From Hypanus sabinus (Eukaryota), in assembly GCF_030144855.1 (NCBI RefSeq), contig NC_082727.1, positions 62,434,001-62,498,000 of the forward strand: a stretch of DNA of 64,000 nt. The letters run 5' to 3'. This document shows positions 49,031 through 62,029 of this stretch, one piece after another (position 1 is the stretch's first letter; each line of letters starts with the position of its first letter). The notes beneath the pieces were generated by a model. That model was not told the DNA's origin, did no database searches, and worked only from the letters and a program-made list of their open reading frames with translations. A program made the translations under genes and the position numbers.

Positions 49031-51234
49031 AGTAAGTACATCATTAGACCCCAAAACAAGATATAAATCACATACTGATGATATTGATATTGCAGTATCT
49101 CTGTTCCTAAGCAAGCCCTGCCCTTTCTCAAGGACTGGTTGGTTGTTGGGGAGGCCCTGAAGTTTGCACAGATTGTTGTGACTGGATGCTGAGTGTCAAC
49201 AAGCTGACCCATTGTGTCAGCTTCAGAGTTAAAACGGATTTTGTTGTTATGCATTACCTGAACATCAGGAGGGACTACAATTTGTATCATCTGTACATGA
49301 GAACTTTCAAGCATGGATCATTTTATTGATCCCAAGCTTGATAGTTCAGCAGCTATTGTTGTTACTTGTTTTAACCCAGAACACAGATTTATTACAAGCC
49401 AGTCATATTTGACCAAGGTTTCAATCAGAAAGAACAGATTTCAAAGGGGAGCAACTGAACTCCCTACCTAGGTCTCATCGTGCATGAAGTGCCTGTAGCG
49501 TTATACTATTTACTTTTTAACGTGTTCCGCAAATACACATTCTTATTTGTTAATTTACTCATGGTAATATGACTTTATGTGCAATGTATGTGAGTTAAAT
49601 ATATTGTGTTAGTCCAGATGAAGGTTGTTTCCTTTGACGGTATACATGTGTATGATTGAATGACAATAAACCTGAACTTGAACTGAATATTGTAACTAAA
49701 ATAACTTGAGCTGACCTAATAATGAATGGGTAATGCTACCAACAAGTGATGGGAGATATCTATTTAATTATTTGGTACAATTCAGTAGTACCCCATGTTC
49801 TTAGTAGATATCCGTCCACCAACTTAAGCAACAATGCTAACAATTGAAGAGCGACAGCCAAATTAAAAGAAAATATGTAAGCAAATGTAAAAAACAAGTG
49901 GAAAATTAGGTGATTGGGTATACTATAGAAAACAATAAGAGTTTGGAAATAATTTCCTGTGGCTGAGTAATCCTTGCACAAGAAATTGGATCCCAGAATC
50001 TGAGCTGGGCCATTTATGGTGATGTCAGCAAACAGTATTTCCATACAACACCCAGGTGGAGACCAAGAATTTATTTCCCTTAAAGACAGAATGCTGTGTC
50101 AAAACTGAGCTCACTTGATTTCCATTAAGTCCTGATATCAAGGAACAGATAAAATGCCGGTAAATGGAGTTGATGTAAATTGAGTAAAATTGAATTGAAT
50201 GTCATCTCCATTTTCTTGCCCAAATCCTAGATGTCTTGCTTCTTGTATTGCAATGCTTACTGCATGAATTAAGTCATAGAAGAAGCTCAAAGAGTTGCAT
50301 TGCCTTTATTTCTTGCTTCTATATTCCTGGCACTACCATTCTTGATATTTGCAAGTGGAGGAGAAGATTAAACAAGGCACCACCTTGTTTTATGTGGCTC
50401 AGGACAAGGCCAAATTTAGGCATTCTGCTTGTTGTGAGAACATTGTTAGAGTGGATGACGACTTAATTTCATCTGGAGAATGCACCAAACAAATTATCAA
50501 AGTACTTCCAATAAATTCAGAGCATTCATTACTAGGATAATGAATTCAATTTGAAAGGGATCCTCAAAGTTAATTTACCAGTTATTTGGGAGTTCTTTTC
50601 TGAGATGTTTTTAATTGGCTTTTTGACTCTGGCTAAGCAGCATCAATTGCTCATCCACTGTGACCCTGAGGATGTGGCATCTTGAGATTTTTTTCCTTTC
50701 TTAACTGAACAACAGTGAACAAGGCAAAGGATGAACAATGCAAGAATAATTTTTGGCCAGGTGATTTCTGAACATTTTGTAACTTGAAGTGCTTGAAACC
50801 CCAAGACTGCAGCTGATTACATAAAAATGTTATTAAAATTAATCACTTTAATTCACCTTTTGCTAAGATGTGTTTCAGTTTAATATCTTATTACATTGTG
50901 ATTGTCTATATTACATTGTTAATTTTGGGCCCATGTGCTCTACAGTTTGGCTAAACTGCTGCTGAAGTCTTAAAGCCATTAAAGTTGTAAACTACAAACC
51001 TTTTTTCTAAACTTGACCACTGACATCTCATGGCTCGCTCGTGATGGCAAATTAACTTATTTCACTGTAGAAAAATAAAATGAGACATGTATCCTTTTTT
51101 TAGAACGTGAATGAATATCTATTGGTCACAAATATACCAAAAAGAAATTTGTAATGAGGACAAAACATGCTGAATATTCCAATTGTGTTGATGGTACACT
51201 GAAACTTGATTAAAAGGCAGATACTCTGGATGCA

Positions 51235-54200
51235 GTGATATGACTGGAAGTTTTTACCATTTTCAGAATGGATTGAACTGCAAACTCTGGTAAGGAAAAA
51301 GGTGGTGGCGTGTGCTTTTTAGTCAATTCTCGTAGGTGCACTTAAGGTTGATTTTGCCAGGGGTGATAAAGGGGATATGCTTCCAATACCTATTAAATGC
51401 TCCCAATGGTGTGTGCCTCAAATAGTCTCTGACAACCAAATCCAGCACCTGGCCCTCACGTGTGGCTCAGCTACTCAACCCACCAGAACCACTTCTACTG
51501 ACTGGAGAAGGGGCAAAGGCAGGTCACTGGCACCTTAAAACCAGTCACTTTGGACAGGTGGGGCTTGTCAGCTCATCTCGGAGAAAGAAAACTCAAATTC
51601 CAAATCTCCGCTGCAGCTATACCCATTCATGGGGATGGCTTCAGGGGTAAACCCCGAGGGAAAAATCCAGAGCTACAGTACAATGCTGACTGGCAACTCC
51701 TGCAACACTACTGGTACCAAACTCTATCGTTCTCTGCCGTTCCTTTGGGTTCATTAGATGCATTGAAAAGAGGAGCTTACTACATGGGCAACAGCTTACT
51801 CTCCACATCGCTTCTGTGTCCAGACAGCTAGGATGCAAAATCCATGGTCAACTCTGATCAGTGGAGGCCAAGACAAGACGAGAAGATATTGGTGCACGGA
51901 CATTGCAGTTTTGCTAACTTCTTGTTTCCCTGATTTAGAACAACTACTGATTAAATATAGACCATTTACTTTTCCTCAGGAGTTCGCATCTGTGATCCTG
52001 ACCACAATTTACATACCATCAGTGGCTGAATATAAGCAAGCACTCGTAAAACTGCACGATGTTGTCTGCCAGCAAGAAACAGGCTATCCTGATGCATTTC
52101 AAATTATAGTTAGTGACTTTAACCAGGCCTGTTTGAAAAAAATCCTGCCTAATTGTCACCAGCACATAACCGGTTGCATCAGAGGTCCTAGCACACTAGA
52201 CCACTGCTACACAACAATAAGGAGTGCCAATTGTTCCTTTCTGAGACCACATGTTAGCAAGTCAGATCAGTTGTCTGTACTCCTACAACCTGCATACAGA
52301 CAGAGCCTAAAAAGCAAGGCTCCAGAGATCAGGATATCTAAGGGTGGTCGCAGTTACAGGATTGCCTTGAGTCAGTCGACTGGGCTGTGCTCAAGAACTC
52401 ATCTGAGGACCTGAATGACTACACCCAGGTTTTACAAAACAGCTGTAGATGAGTCTGTCTCCATGAAATCTTTCAGGGTTTTCCCCAATCAGAAGCCTTG
52501 GATGAATGACAAAATCCAGAGTTTGCTGAAAGCCTGATCAGAGGCATTCAAGTCTGGAGATCAAGAATGCTACAAGAGATGCAAGTATGATCTCTGGAAA
52601 GCCAACTCACCGGCGAAGTGGAGATTCTGGACCAGACTGCGGCAGTGTTTGAATGCTATAACTTCCTACAAAGTTAAATTTTGTGACAAAGGTGACAGCA
52701 GAGCTTCGCTTCCCCATGAGCTCAATGCCTTCTAACCTGACTTTGACCACCAGAACAGGGAGGAACCATCATGCATCCCCATGTCTCCCTATGATTCTTT
52801 GGTCTTAGTATCTGAAGATGACGTGCGTGCTGCCTTCAAGAGAGTGAATACAAGGAAAGCATCCAGTCTGGACGGAGCACCTGGTCGAGTACTGAAGACC
52901 TGTGCTGACCAACTGGCAGGTGTACTTATAGATATCTTAAGCCACTTGCTCCAGTAGTGTAGAACCCACCTACCTCAAGCAGGGTTCGATCATTTTGGTG
53001 CCCAAAAAGAGTGTGGTAACCTGTCTTAATGACTATCACCCAGTGGCACTTTTATCCACAGCTATAAAGTGTAAGAGGCTGGTGTTGAAGTGTGTCAGCT
53101 CCTGTCTGAATAGTGACTAGGATCTCCTCCAATTCACCTACCAAAGCAACGGGCCTACAGCAGATACATCTCATGACCCTGAATCATCTAGCTAGCAAAG
53201 ATGCATGCATCAGAATGCTCTTTATCGATTACAGCTCAGCATTTAATACCATCGTCCCCTCGAAACTAATCAGTAATATCCAAGACCTCACTACCTCCTT
53301 GTGCAATTCGATCCTGAATTTACTGACTTGTAGGCCCCAGTCAATTTGGCTTGCAAAAGCAGCTCCTCCATAATCTCTATCAGCACAGGAGAACCACAGG
53401 GATGTGTGCTTAGTCTCCTGCTTTACTTGCTTTACACCTTTGACTGTGCAGCTAAGAACAGCTCCAACACCTGCTACATGTTTGCTGATGGCACACACTG
53501 TTGTGGGCTGTATCAAAGGTGGTCATGGATCAGCATACAGGAGGGAGACTAAAAATTTGGCTGAGTACTGTAATAGCAATAACCTCTCAGTCAATGTCAA
53601 TAGGTCCAAGAAACTGTTTGTGAACTTTGGGGAGGGAATCCAGAGGTCCATGAGCCAGTATTCATCAGCGGATTAGAGGGAGAGAGGGTCAGTAACTTTA
53701 AATTCCTAGGTGTCATTATCTTAGAGGACTTGTCCTGGACCCATCATTTAAACGTAATTGCAAGGAAAGCACGACAGCGCCTCTACTGTCTCAGGTGTTT
53801 GCGGAGATTTGGCAAACTTCTGTAGATGCGTCGGTGGAAAGTGTGCGGACTGACTGCATTACAGCCACATAGGGGAACATCAATGCCTTTGAGTGGCAAA
53901 TCCTACAAAAGGGAGTGGATTTGGCCCAGTACATCGTGGGTAAAATCCTCCAACAATTGAGCACATCTACATGAAGTATTGCTGTAGAAAAGCAGCATCA
54001 GCCATCAAAGATCCTCACCACCCAGGCCATGCTCTTTTCTCACTGCTGCCATCAGCTAGAAGGTACAGGAGTCTCAGGACTCACACCACCAGGTTCAACA
54101 ATTACTACCCTTCAACCATCAAGCTCTTGAACACTCATTCTACTTCTGGTGTTCTCATAACCAATGGTCTCCCTTTAAGGACTCTTTATCTTGCTATTTC

Positions 54201-54310
54201 ATGCTCGTTACTTATTGCTATTTGCTAAGTATGCCTGCAGATAAAGAATCACAGGGTTGTGTGTGGTGACATTTATGTATTCTGATAAAACTTTTACTTT
54301 GAACTTTGAA
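51235..54310 (+). mobile_element. Rex1/Babar non-LTR retrotransposon (APE + RT), 5'-truncated, decayed
   Basis: [72 protein letters not shown]; tail tttactttgaactttgaa. Confidence 0.9.
51342..51890 (+). mobile_element. Non-autonomous (probably RTE-related) retroposon inserted in the Rex APE domain
   Basis: 7-bp TSD ggtgcac at 51335-51341 and 51891-51897; tccatggtc..gacaagacgagaaga tail. Confidence 0.7.
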
Positions 54311-54620
54311 TTTCAAGTGATCAAATACTATCATCTGATTGAAAATGGGTGCTAAATTATATTTCCAGCTCATCTATTTAAGTCCGTTGAAGGTTAAGTA
54401 ATGATTGATTTTGCTAATCAGATCCTTGTTATGTTTTGCTATTTCCTAAGGAAGATTGTGAATCATGAAATCAGCATATACCTAGTGAGTGTCTAGAAAA
54501 ACAGTGTCATTATGAATGTCCTTCCTATTTTACATTGAAGTATCTAGTGTAATTTACACTGTGGAAGTGGACATTTGCTTAGATTGATGGAGCATCTGAA
54601 CAGTAAAGACACATACGGTA

Positions 54621-54693
54621 CAGTACTGTGAAAAAGTCTTAGGCACGTATATATATATATTATACAGACACACACACACACACACGCACACAC

Positions 54694-54728
<35 letters not shown>

Positions 54729-54934
54729 CTCCTTTTTATTCTGGCATTGCCTCCCTTTCCTTCTCGTCTTGAAGAAGTGTCTCGCCTGGAACATCGACTC
54801 TTTATTCATTTCCATAGATGCTGCCTGACTTGCTGAGTTTGTCCAGCATTTTGTGTGGATTTGGGTTTCCAGCATTTGCAGGCTTTCTAGTGTTTATATA
54901 TAGCTAGGGTGCCTAAAACTTTTGCACGGTATTA
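54621..54934. mobile_element. Tc1-family mini element (TIR-only MITE) containing a microsatellite and a Penelope tail
   Basis: TIRs cagtactgtgaaaaagtcttaggcac / gtgcctaaaacttttgcacggtatta, related to the TIRs of 31117-32564. Confidence 0.75.
54648..54724. repeat. Compound (TA)n(CA)n(TA)n microsatellite
   Basis: Directly visible. Confidence 0.95.
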
Positions 54935-56729
54935 TAGCAATTTTATGTATTGCATTGTGACTGCTGCAAAAAAAAAATCATAAACCTGATTCTGGTGTGG
55001 GTCTCTATTGTGAACTGAGAATGTGAAGGGGGCAGGAAAAGGGGAATCATAGTTGGGAAAAGGGTAAGGGAGAGGGGAGAGAGTGGGAAGCACCAGAGAG
55101 ACGTTCTGTAATGATCAATAAGCCAACTCTTCGTAATCAAGTGACCTTGCCTGGTATCTCAGGACTGGGTGTGACTGTACCCATGCATTCCCACCCTGGC
55201 ACTCCTTCTCTGCCACCTGTCCCACACCCTTCCCCTGAAGCCTAAGGAGAGCACCTAGCTTTCAGAAAGACTATTAAACAATCCCCTAGTATGATAATAT
55301 GGGCTCTTGACATCACAATCTACCTTGTTTTGATGTTGCACCTTATTGTTTACCTGGACTGCACTTTCTCTGTAACTACTGTATAACACTTTATTCTCCA
55401 CTCTATTATTATTTTAGCTTGTGTGACCTTGATGTATTATATAACGAATTGATCTGTATGAACAGCTTGCAAGTTAAGTTATACACTTGACCTTGGTGCA
55501 TGTGACAATAATAAACCAATTCAGTTCAATTCAATGCAGTCCCTTTTGAAAAGGAATATAAAGGTCCTTGACCCTTGGCAAAAGATCTGGAAGTCTCAAG
55601 CATTTTTAACTGTTAAAGGATTCACAGTCCTTAGGCTGTATAAATTAGAATTGTTAAATATTCTTTTCAGAAAATGAGTCAGGCAGTAATTTTGCATGGA
55701 TACTTAACCTAACCAGATTAGCTGGCTCATTCAGGCACATGAATGAGACTTTTGTTTAACTTGTCAAACATGCTTGCAACTATCATGGTCCATAAATTAA
55801 TCACAGTTTTGATCAGTCCAGTGAAAAACAGGATTTTTATCTTTTCCCTCTCTTTGCCTTTTGCAATTGTTTTTAAACCAAAGAAACCATCATCTCTATA
55901 GACTGGTTTTCTCATTCACAATTGTTTCTCATGGCTTAAATTATTTTGGGAAGTTTAAATAGAGTCAATTATAATACATTGCCAATATGAGAACAAAGTA
56001 TTTTGTTTTGTAAAACAGACACAAAACTTGTTTACCAGTATTGTGCATTGAAAAGAATCAAAAGAACCTTTTCTTTAGAAATCATGTCAAACATTGAATT
56101 TGTACCAGTGATAAACTGCAAATTGTATTCAATCCTTAACTGAATTTTATTTGATTCTGGCAATATGTCATTCTTAAAAAATGCCTCTGTTGTATCTGTA
56201 GTGGTTGGTTTCCCAGATTAATTAATGCGCTGTTTAGAAAACAAAAAATTTATTTATGTGACGATTGAATTAAAAAATATCAGCTACAAATTCACTGTGT
56301 GTCTTATTTAGGGATAAAGAGGTTGAAAAGATTGTTGAATGAAGCTAGCTATTGAAGACTTGAGAGGTTATCACATTGTGCTTTTGGAACTATTTTTGTA
56401 TCACAAGATGGTCATAGAACACTGAACAATACAGCTCAGAAACAGGCCCTTCAGCTCAGTGCCAACCACAGAGACAAATTAAACTAATCCCATCTGCCTG
56501 CACATATCTCTCTATTCCCTGTACATTTATGTCTCTGTCTAAACCCTTCACATTTTCCCCACCACCTCATGCCAAAGAATTCAAGGCTTTCCATGCTTCT
56601 AGCCAATACTGTCTAATCCAGGTATGAAAAGTCATCTCACATGTGAAGCCATCTCACATGTGAAGTGACAATTCAACACCAAACTTGAATCACAGAAGGG
56701 TACTTGACACTGCCAGGGCTCGAATGTTA

Positions 56730-56964
56730 TCATCTCCTAGAAAGTGAAACCAATTGACATAGGTGATAACAAGGCTTCACTCCCAGATGACCTCAGTGCC
56801 TTTTAGGTCCACTTTAACCAACAAAATATGGAGGCACCTTCACAAATTCCCATTGCCCCTTACAACCCTGTGATTTCAGTTTCTGAAGCTGATGCGAGAA
56901 TATCCCTCGGGAGGATAAACCATGGAAAGCATCTGCCCCAAACGGGTAACCTGGCAGAGCACTG
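56730..56964 (+). mobile_element. Rex1/Babar fragment
   Basis: ASLPDDLSAF..VISVSEAD remnant. Confidence 0.65.
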
Positions 56965-57006
56965 AACAGTCCTGATGAAGGGTCTCGGCCCAAAACATCG
57001 ACTGTT
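56965..57006 (+). ncRNA. Minimal hammerhead motif with 7-bp stem I (G12>A, predicted inactive), followed by Penelope tail
   Basis: aacagtc CTGATGA A GGG tctcgg CCC AAAA C ATC gactgtt. Confidence 0.72.
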
Positions 57007-57289
57007 TACTCACTTCCATAGATGCTGCCTGGCCTGCTGAGTTCCTCCAGTATTTCGTGTGAGTTGCTTAGAATTCTTTTAAGCTCTCACCCAAATCCCT
57101 TGACTTCACACATAGATTACCACAAGGGGATCTGCTGTCTCCCTAGTTCCTTTTTTTTAAACTCTCAATATGGTGTCTTTGAGGAATCTCCTTTGTCTAC
57201 TCAGCTCTTTGTTGCCCTCTTAATTCCCTCATTAGTTGTAAACTAAGTTTAAGATGAGCAGTGTCTTTGCCCTCAAGTTGGGGGCTCCC

Positions 57290-58465
57290 TCTTGATTACA
57301 CAAAGGTTGGTAAAGTTTTGTATAATGCAGAGGACTGTTGTAGGTTGTGACATGACATTGACAGGATTCACAGCAGATGTATGAGAAGTGGCAGATGGAG
57401 TTTAACCTGGAAAAGTGCAGAGTGCTTTATTTTGGAAGGTCAAATTTGAAGGCAGAATAAAGTATTAATGGCAGGATTCCTGGGAGTGTGGAGCTGATCT
57501 TGGGGCTGATGTCTATTGATCCCTCAAAGTTGCCTTGCAAGTTGATAGGTTGTTAAGAACACATATGGTGTGTTGGCCTCCATTCGTCAGGAGACTGAAT
57601 TCAAGAGCCCCAAGGTAATGCTGAAGCTGTATAAACCCTGTTCAGACCACCCTTTGAATATTGTGTTCCGTTCTGGTCACTTCATTATAGGAAGGCTGTG
57701 GAAGCTTTAGTGAGGATACGGAGGAGATTTACTAGGATGCTGCCTGGGCTAAAGACCATGCCTTATGAAGATACGTTGAGTGAGCTGGAGCTTTTCTCTT
57801 TGGAGTAAAGGAGATTTATAGAGGCGTATAAGATGCATAGATGGAGTGGACAGCTAGGGACTTTTTCCCAAGGTGAAAACAGAGAATGCCAGAGGATATA
57901 ATTGTAAAGTGATTAGAGAAAACAATAGAGGGATATCAGAGGTAAGTTCTTTACACAGAGAATGGTGAGTGCATGGAACCCCCACTGGGAGTAGTGGTAG
58001 AAGCATATTAGGGGCATTTATGAAACTCTGGTAGGCACATGGATGATAGAAAAATGGAGGGTTACATTGATCTTAAACCATAAGACAAAGGAGCAGAAGT
58101 CAGCCATTCGGCCCATCGAGTCTGCTCCGTCATTTCATCATGAGCTGAATCAATCTCCCCTTTAGTCCCATTCCTCTGCCTTCTCACCATAACCTTTGAT
58201 GCCCTGACTACTCAGATACCTCTCAATCTCTGCCTTAAATATACCCAATGACTTGGCCACCACTGCCGCCCGTGGCAACAAATTCCACAGATTCACCACC
58301 CTCTGGCTAAAAAAAATTTTTTCGCATCTCTGTTCTGAATGGGCACCCTGCAATCCTCAAGTCATGTCCTCTCATACTAGAGTGGATTAGTGGATTTTAG
58401 AGTGGATTAAAAGGTCAGTGTGATATCTTGGGCCAAAGGACCTGTACTGAGCTGTATGTTCTCTT
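57290..58465 (+). mobile_element. CR1 LINE 3' part, with a second CR1 tail inserted on the minus strand at about 58077-58380
   Basis: EKWQMEFNLEKC, RPPFEYCVPFWSLHYRK; minus ORF 58162-58353 FFSQRVVNLWNLLP..FKAEIERYL..GIKGYG. Confidence 0.85.
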
Positions 58466-59119
58466 AATTAGACTGCCCAGAAATTTTATATTTTTCCAGG
58501 AAAGGAGCTGGCCACCCCTTTGACATTTTCTCCTAATTTGACAAATAAACTGGCAACTTAATTTCACCACCATTATTTTTCTTACATTTTAAAATAAAGA
58601 TGGATTCTTGGCAGGATCCCTGTGCTGGCTCAAATGAATCTGCTATCTCAATACTACAAGGTGTGAATAGTCACTGAAATCTCTAAATGAATTACCACTG
58701 TCTCAAGCACTCTGGTTCATTTGCTTCCAACTGAATTCTAATCTACACTTTGCAGCTCTACAGTTATGTAAATTTACCTATTACAAGCCAAATTTAACTT
58801 AATAGCTGTGTTTTAAGACATAAATTACACCTAGATCCTCCTCTGGCAGTTAGAATTTGATTTTGTACCAGTTTGACTTGTACTGGCATCCCTAGTCTTG
58901 AAATCTTAGTTTGTGTTCAATGCGTGATAAGAATGAATATTTTTGTCTTTGGCTTATAAACGAAAGGAACTGTGCTGCAATTTATCTTGCACAGTACAAC
59001 ACAAGTGTATTTTACCTGATAACCCAACCATGGCTATGTGAGTGACAGACCTCGGCTTTTCAGTTTGCATTATTGTTTTGTATATGACCACATTTAGAGA
59101 AGCTGACAGACAATACAAA

Positions 59120-59502
59120 CTTACATTCCCATTCTGGTTAGCCTCTCTCACCTGCCCATCACCTACTTCTGGTTCCCCTCTTCCCTCTCTTTCTTCCACA
59201 GTCCACTGTTCTTTCCTGTTAGATTCCTTCTTCTTCTGCCCTTTACCTCTTCCACCTATTCCTTCCCAGATTCTTAACTCATTATCCCCTACCCCTCTCA
59301 CCCACCCACCTTCCCCCTCACCTGGTCTCACCTATCATCTACCAGCTTTCACCCCTTCCCCTTCCCTTTATCTTCTTATTCTGGTTTCAGCTTTCTTCCT
59401 TTCTAGTCCTGACAAAGGGTGTCAGCCCTCAACATCAATTCTTTATTCCTCTTGATAGATGCTGCTTGACTTACTGAATTTCATCAGCATTTTGTGTGTG
59501 GT
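59120..59502 (+). mobile_element. Penelope pyrimidine-rich spacer, degenerate hammerhead and tail
   Basis: agtcctgacaaagggtgtcagccc..gatgctgcttgacttactgaatttcatcagcattttgtgtg. Confidence 0.7.
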
Positions 59503-60149
59503 ATTAAATACAAGGTTCTTTTCCGTAATTCAAATCTGCAGACAGTGTAGAACATTCACTGAACCAGGCATTAACTGCAAAAATACTTAATTAAGTATTA
59601 ATTAAATATAACTCAGTCCTACCTGACCTGCAGGTAAATCATTGGCTGGTTGCCTCAACCCACTTACCAGCACTCTTCCTACCTCAATGGATGAATTGCT
59701 AATGTCTGTTGAATCACTGCTCATGTGTTGATCCACATCTTAGTGTCCTACCCAGACCTCAACTCCCAATTATGTTTGGGACTATCCACCATCCAGCATC
59801 CCAGTTCCTTGAACCTGAATGTCTAAATACCCTCCAGAGGATTGCATATTCATATGCAATCTCTCTGTGCTCATGTAAGTTCCTACCCAAACCCTCTTGC
59901 AATAGTGCTCCAAACTACTCAGCACACAATTACCCAAACTCTTCCACCCTGGCACTGGTGTCTGGTCCAAATCTTCCTTGCCACCCACCAATCAATCTGG
60001 TTCTCTGCCTCCCTGCCGTGACCTGAAGAGCTCCTATTTTCAACACAAAATGGATATGCTTTAGATGTATTGCTAGGAAACGTTTTAGTGCTAGCAGCCC
60101 TGGCAGTAATTGGCATGGATCACTGGTGTAGTTGTCCTTCAGTGGGGCA

Positions 60150-60592
60150 CTATTGAGCACATCTACATGAAGTAGCATCCATCATCAGGGACCCCCACCA
60201 CCCAGAACATGCTCTGTCCTTGCTAGTTCCATCAGGAAGAAGGTACAGGAACCTCAATTCTCACATCAGGAACAGTTATTACCTCTCAACCATCGGGCTG
60301 TCACTTTACTCAACTTCACTTGCTCAATCATTGAAATGTTTGCACAATCAAAGGACTCACTTTCAAGTACACTTCATCTCATGTTCTCATTACTTATTGT
60401 TATCTGCTTTTGCAGAGTTTGTTGTCTTCCGCAGTCTAGTTGAATGCCCTAACTGGGCGGTCTTCCATTGATACGCTTGAAGTTACTATTCTATAGATTT
60501 GTTGAGTATGTCCACAAGAAAATGAATCTCAGGGTTGTATATGGTGAGGTATATGTGCTTTGATAATAAATTTACTTTTGAATTTTGAACTT
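60150..60592 (+). mobile_element. Rex1/Babar LINE 3' end
   Basis: IIRDPHHPEHALSLLVPSGRRYRNL; aataaatttacttttgaattttgaac tail. Confidence 0.8.
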
Positions 60593-61069
60593 GACTTTTC
60601 CAGGCACTGAAAATGTTTAATCCAGCTGATGACAAAAAGTAAATTTTGTAACCTCACTTTTCCAAGGAACCACTGCCGTATTTTAGCAGTGATGCTTGTT
60701 TATCATATATGATGTAGAATCAGTTATGTTGATGGGTTTTGACTCTGATGTCATAGAAGGGGTGATTTGGTCAATATAGCTTTCTGCGAGCTTCAGTCAT
60801 TTAACCTGGGGTGTTTTTGAACTGCTGTTGCACCTTCCCATTGGACTTTGTTGAACAGCTGTCAAAAAAAAAATCCTTGGCTGTGATTAAACTGAATCTG
60901 GCACATTGAAGAGGAAAGCTGGTGGCACTGTGATGTGAATACTAATTATTAGTGAGATACTCCACTGTTAGAGAGCCAATGGAGGCCACCTTGTGGTGGA
61001 TCCGGTTGGCACTCTCAGCTGCTCAGGACAGAATGTTGGAGTGGAACAGTTTGGAAATAAAGGAGGTTC

Positions 61070-61165
61070 GTAACACATCAAAATGCTGGAGGAACTCAGC
61101 AAGTCAGACAGTATCTATGGAAGGGAATAAACAACTGACATTTCAGGCTGAGACCCTTGATCAGC
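61070..61165 (-). mobile_element. Penelope terminal repeat with hammerhead (G8>C)
   Basis: Minus strand: CTGATCA A GGG tctcag CCT GAAA T GTC, then the tail. Confidence 0.7.
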
Positions 61166-61299
61166 TTTAAAAGTGAAGGGAACAGTACATAGTACTTAGT
61201 TCATTTTGTCCCAGCAGTTAAGGGATGGCAGAGAGTACTAGGGATAGAATTCAATAATGAGTCTTGATTTAATGGGAACCTGGTTCCTGATACTCCTGT

Positions 61300-61765
61300 A
61301 TCTCCTTCCAGGTTGAAGAGTTTGTGGTACGGGTGGTAGGGATCCTCAACAGTGTTTCAGGCCTTTTGTCAGCATCACTCCTGGTCAATGTCACAATTAG
61401 TGGGGAGGGAGACCTTGGTGATCCTCATGGTGAGTTTTACTATCCCATATAGGGTCTTGTAGTCCAATGCCTTGCAGCTTCCATACCACACAAAGATGCA
61501 GCTATACAGGACACTCCTGACAGTGCTCCTATAGAAAGTTGTTAGAATGGGGGTGGGGAGTCTTGTATGCCCTGAATCTCTTCACAAAGTGTAGATGCTA
61601 CTGTGCCTTCTTGACTAGTGAGGAGGAGTTATGGGCCCATTATGTGCACACTGAGGAACTTTGTACTCTCTCCACAGCAGAGGCCATTGATGTGCTTTGG
61701 AGAGTGGTCATTCTGTTCCTTCCTGTAGTACACAATCAACTCTTTTGTCTTGTTCACATTGAGAC
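61300..61765 (-). mobile_element. Rex1/Babar LINE fragment
   Basis: Minus-strand NFYRSTVRSVLYSCIFVWYGSC remnant. Confidence 0.65.
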
Positions 61766-62029
61766 TCCAGTTGTTATGATATGATAGTTAGATCCATAAG
61801 TACAAGTCACTGCAGAAACTGCCCAGTCAACTGACTACGATAAACAGGTCGTAAGTGTTCACAACTGTATTTCATTTCAGGGAAAATCCACTTTAATTAG
61901 ATAGATAGATAGATACTTTATTCATCCCCAAGGGGAAATTCAACAACATTTTTCCAGTGTCCCATACAGTGTCCCATATACATATAATTTTGTAATGTTA
62001 AAATATCAAATGCTGAGTAATTGAGCTTC

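Noticed and set aside
51833-52414. 193-aa ORF as a nuclease gene
   Set aside because: Chance fusion of an inserted retroposon tail to the APE domain of a dead LINE.
56633-56665. Short tandem duplication catctcacatgtgaag (similar cases near 4660, 58381 and 61957)
   Set aside because: Ordinary slippage duplications with no sign of function.
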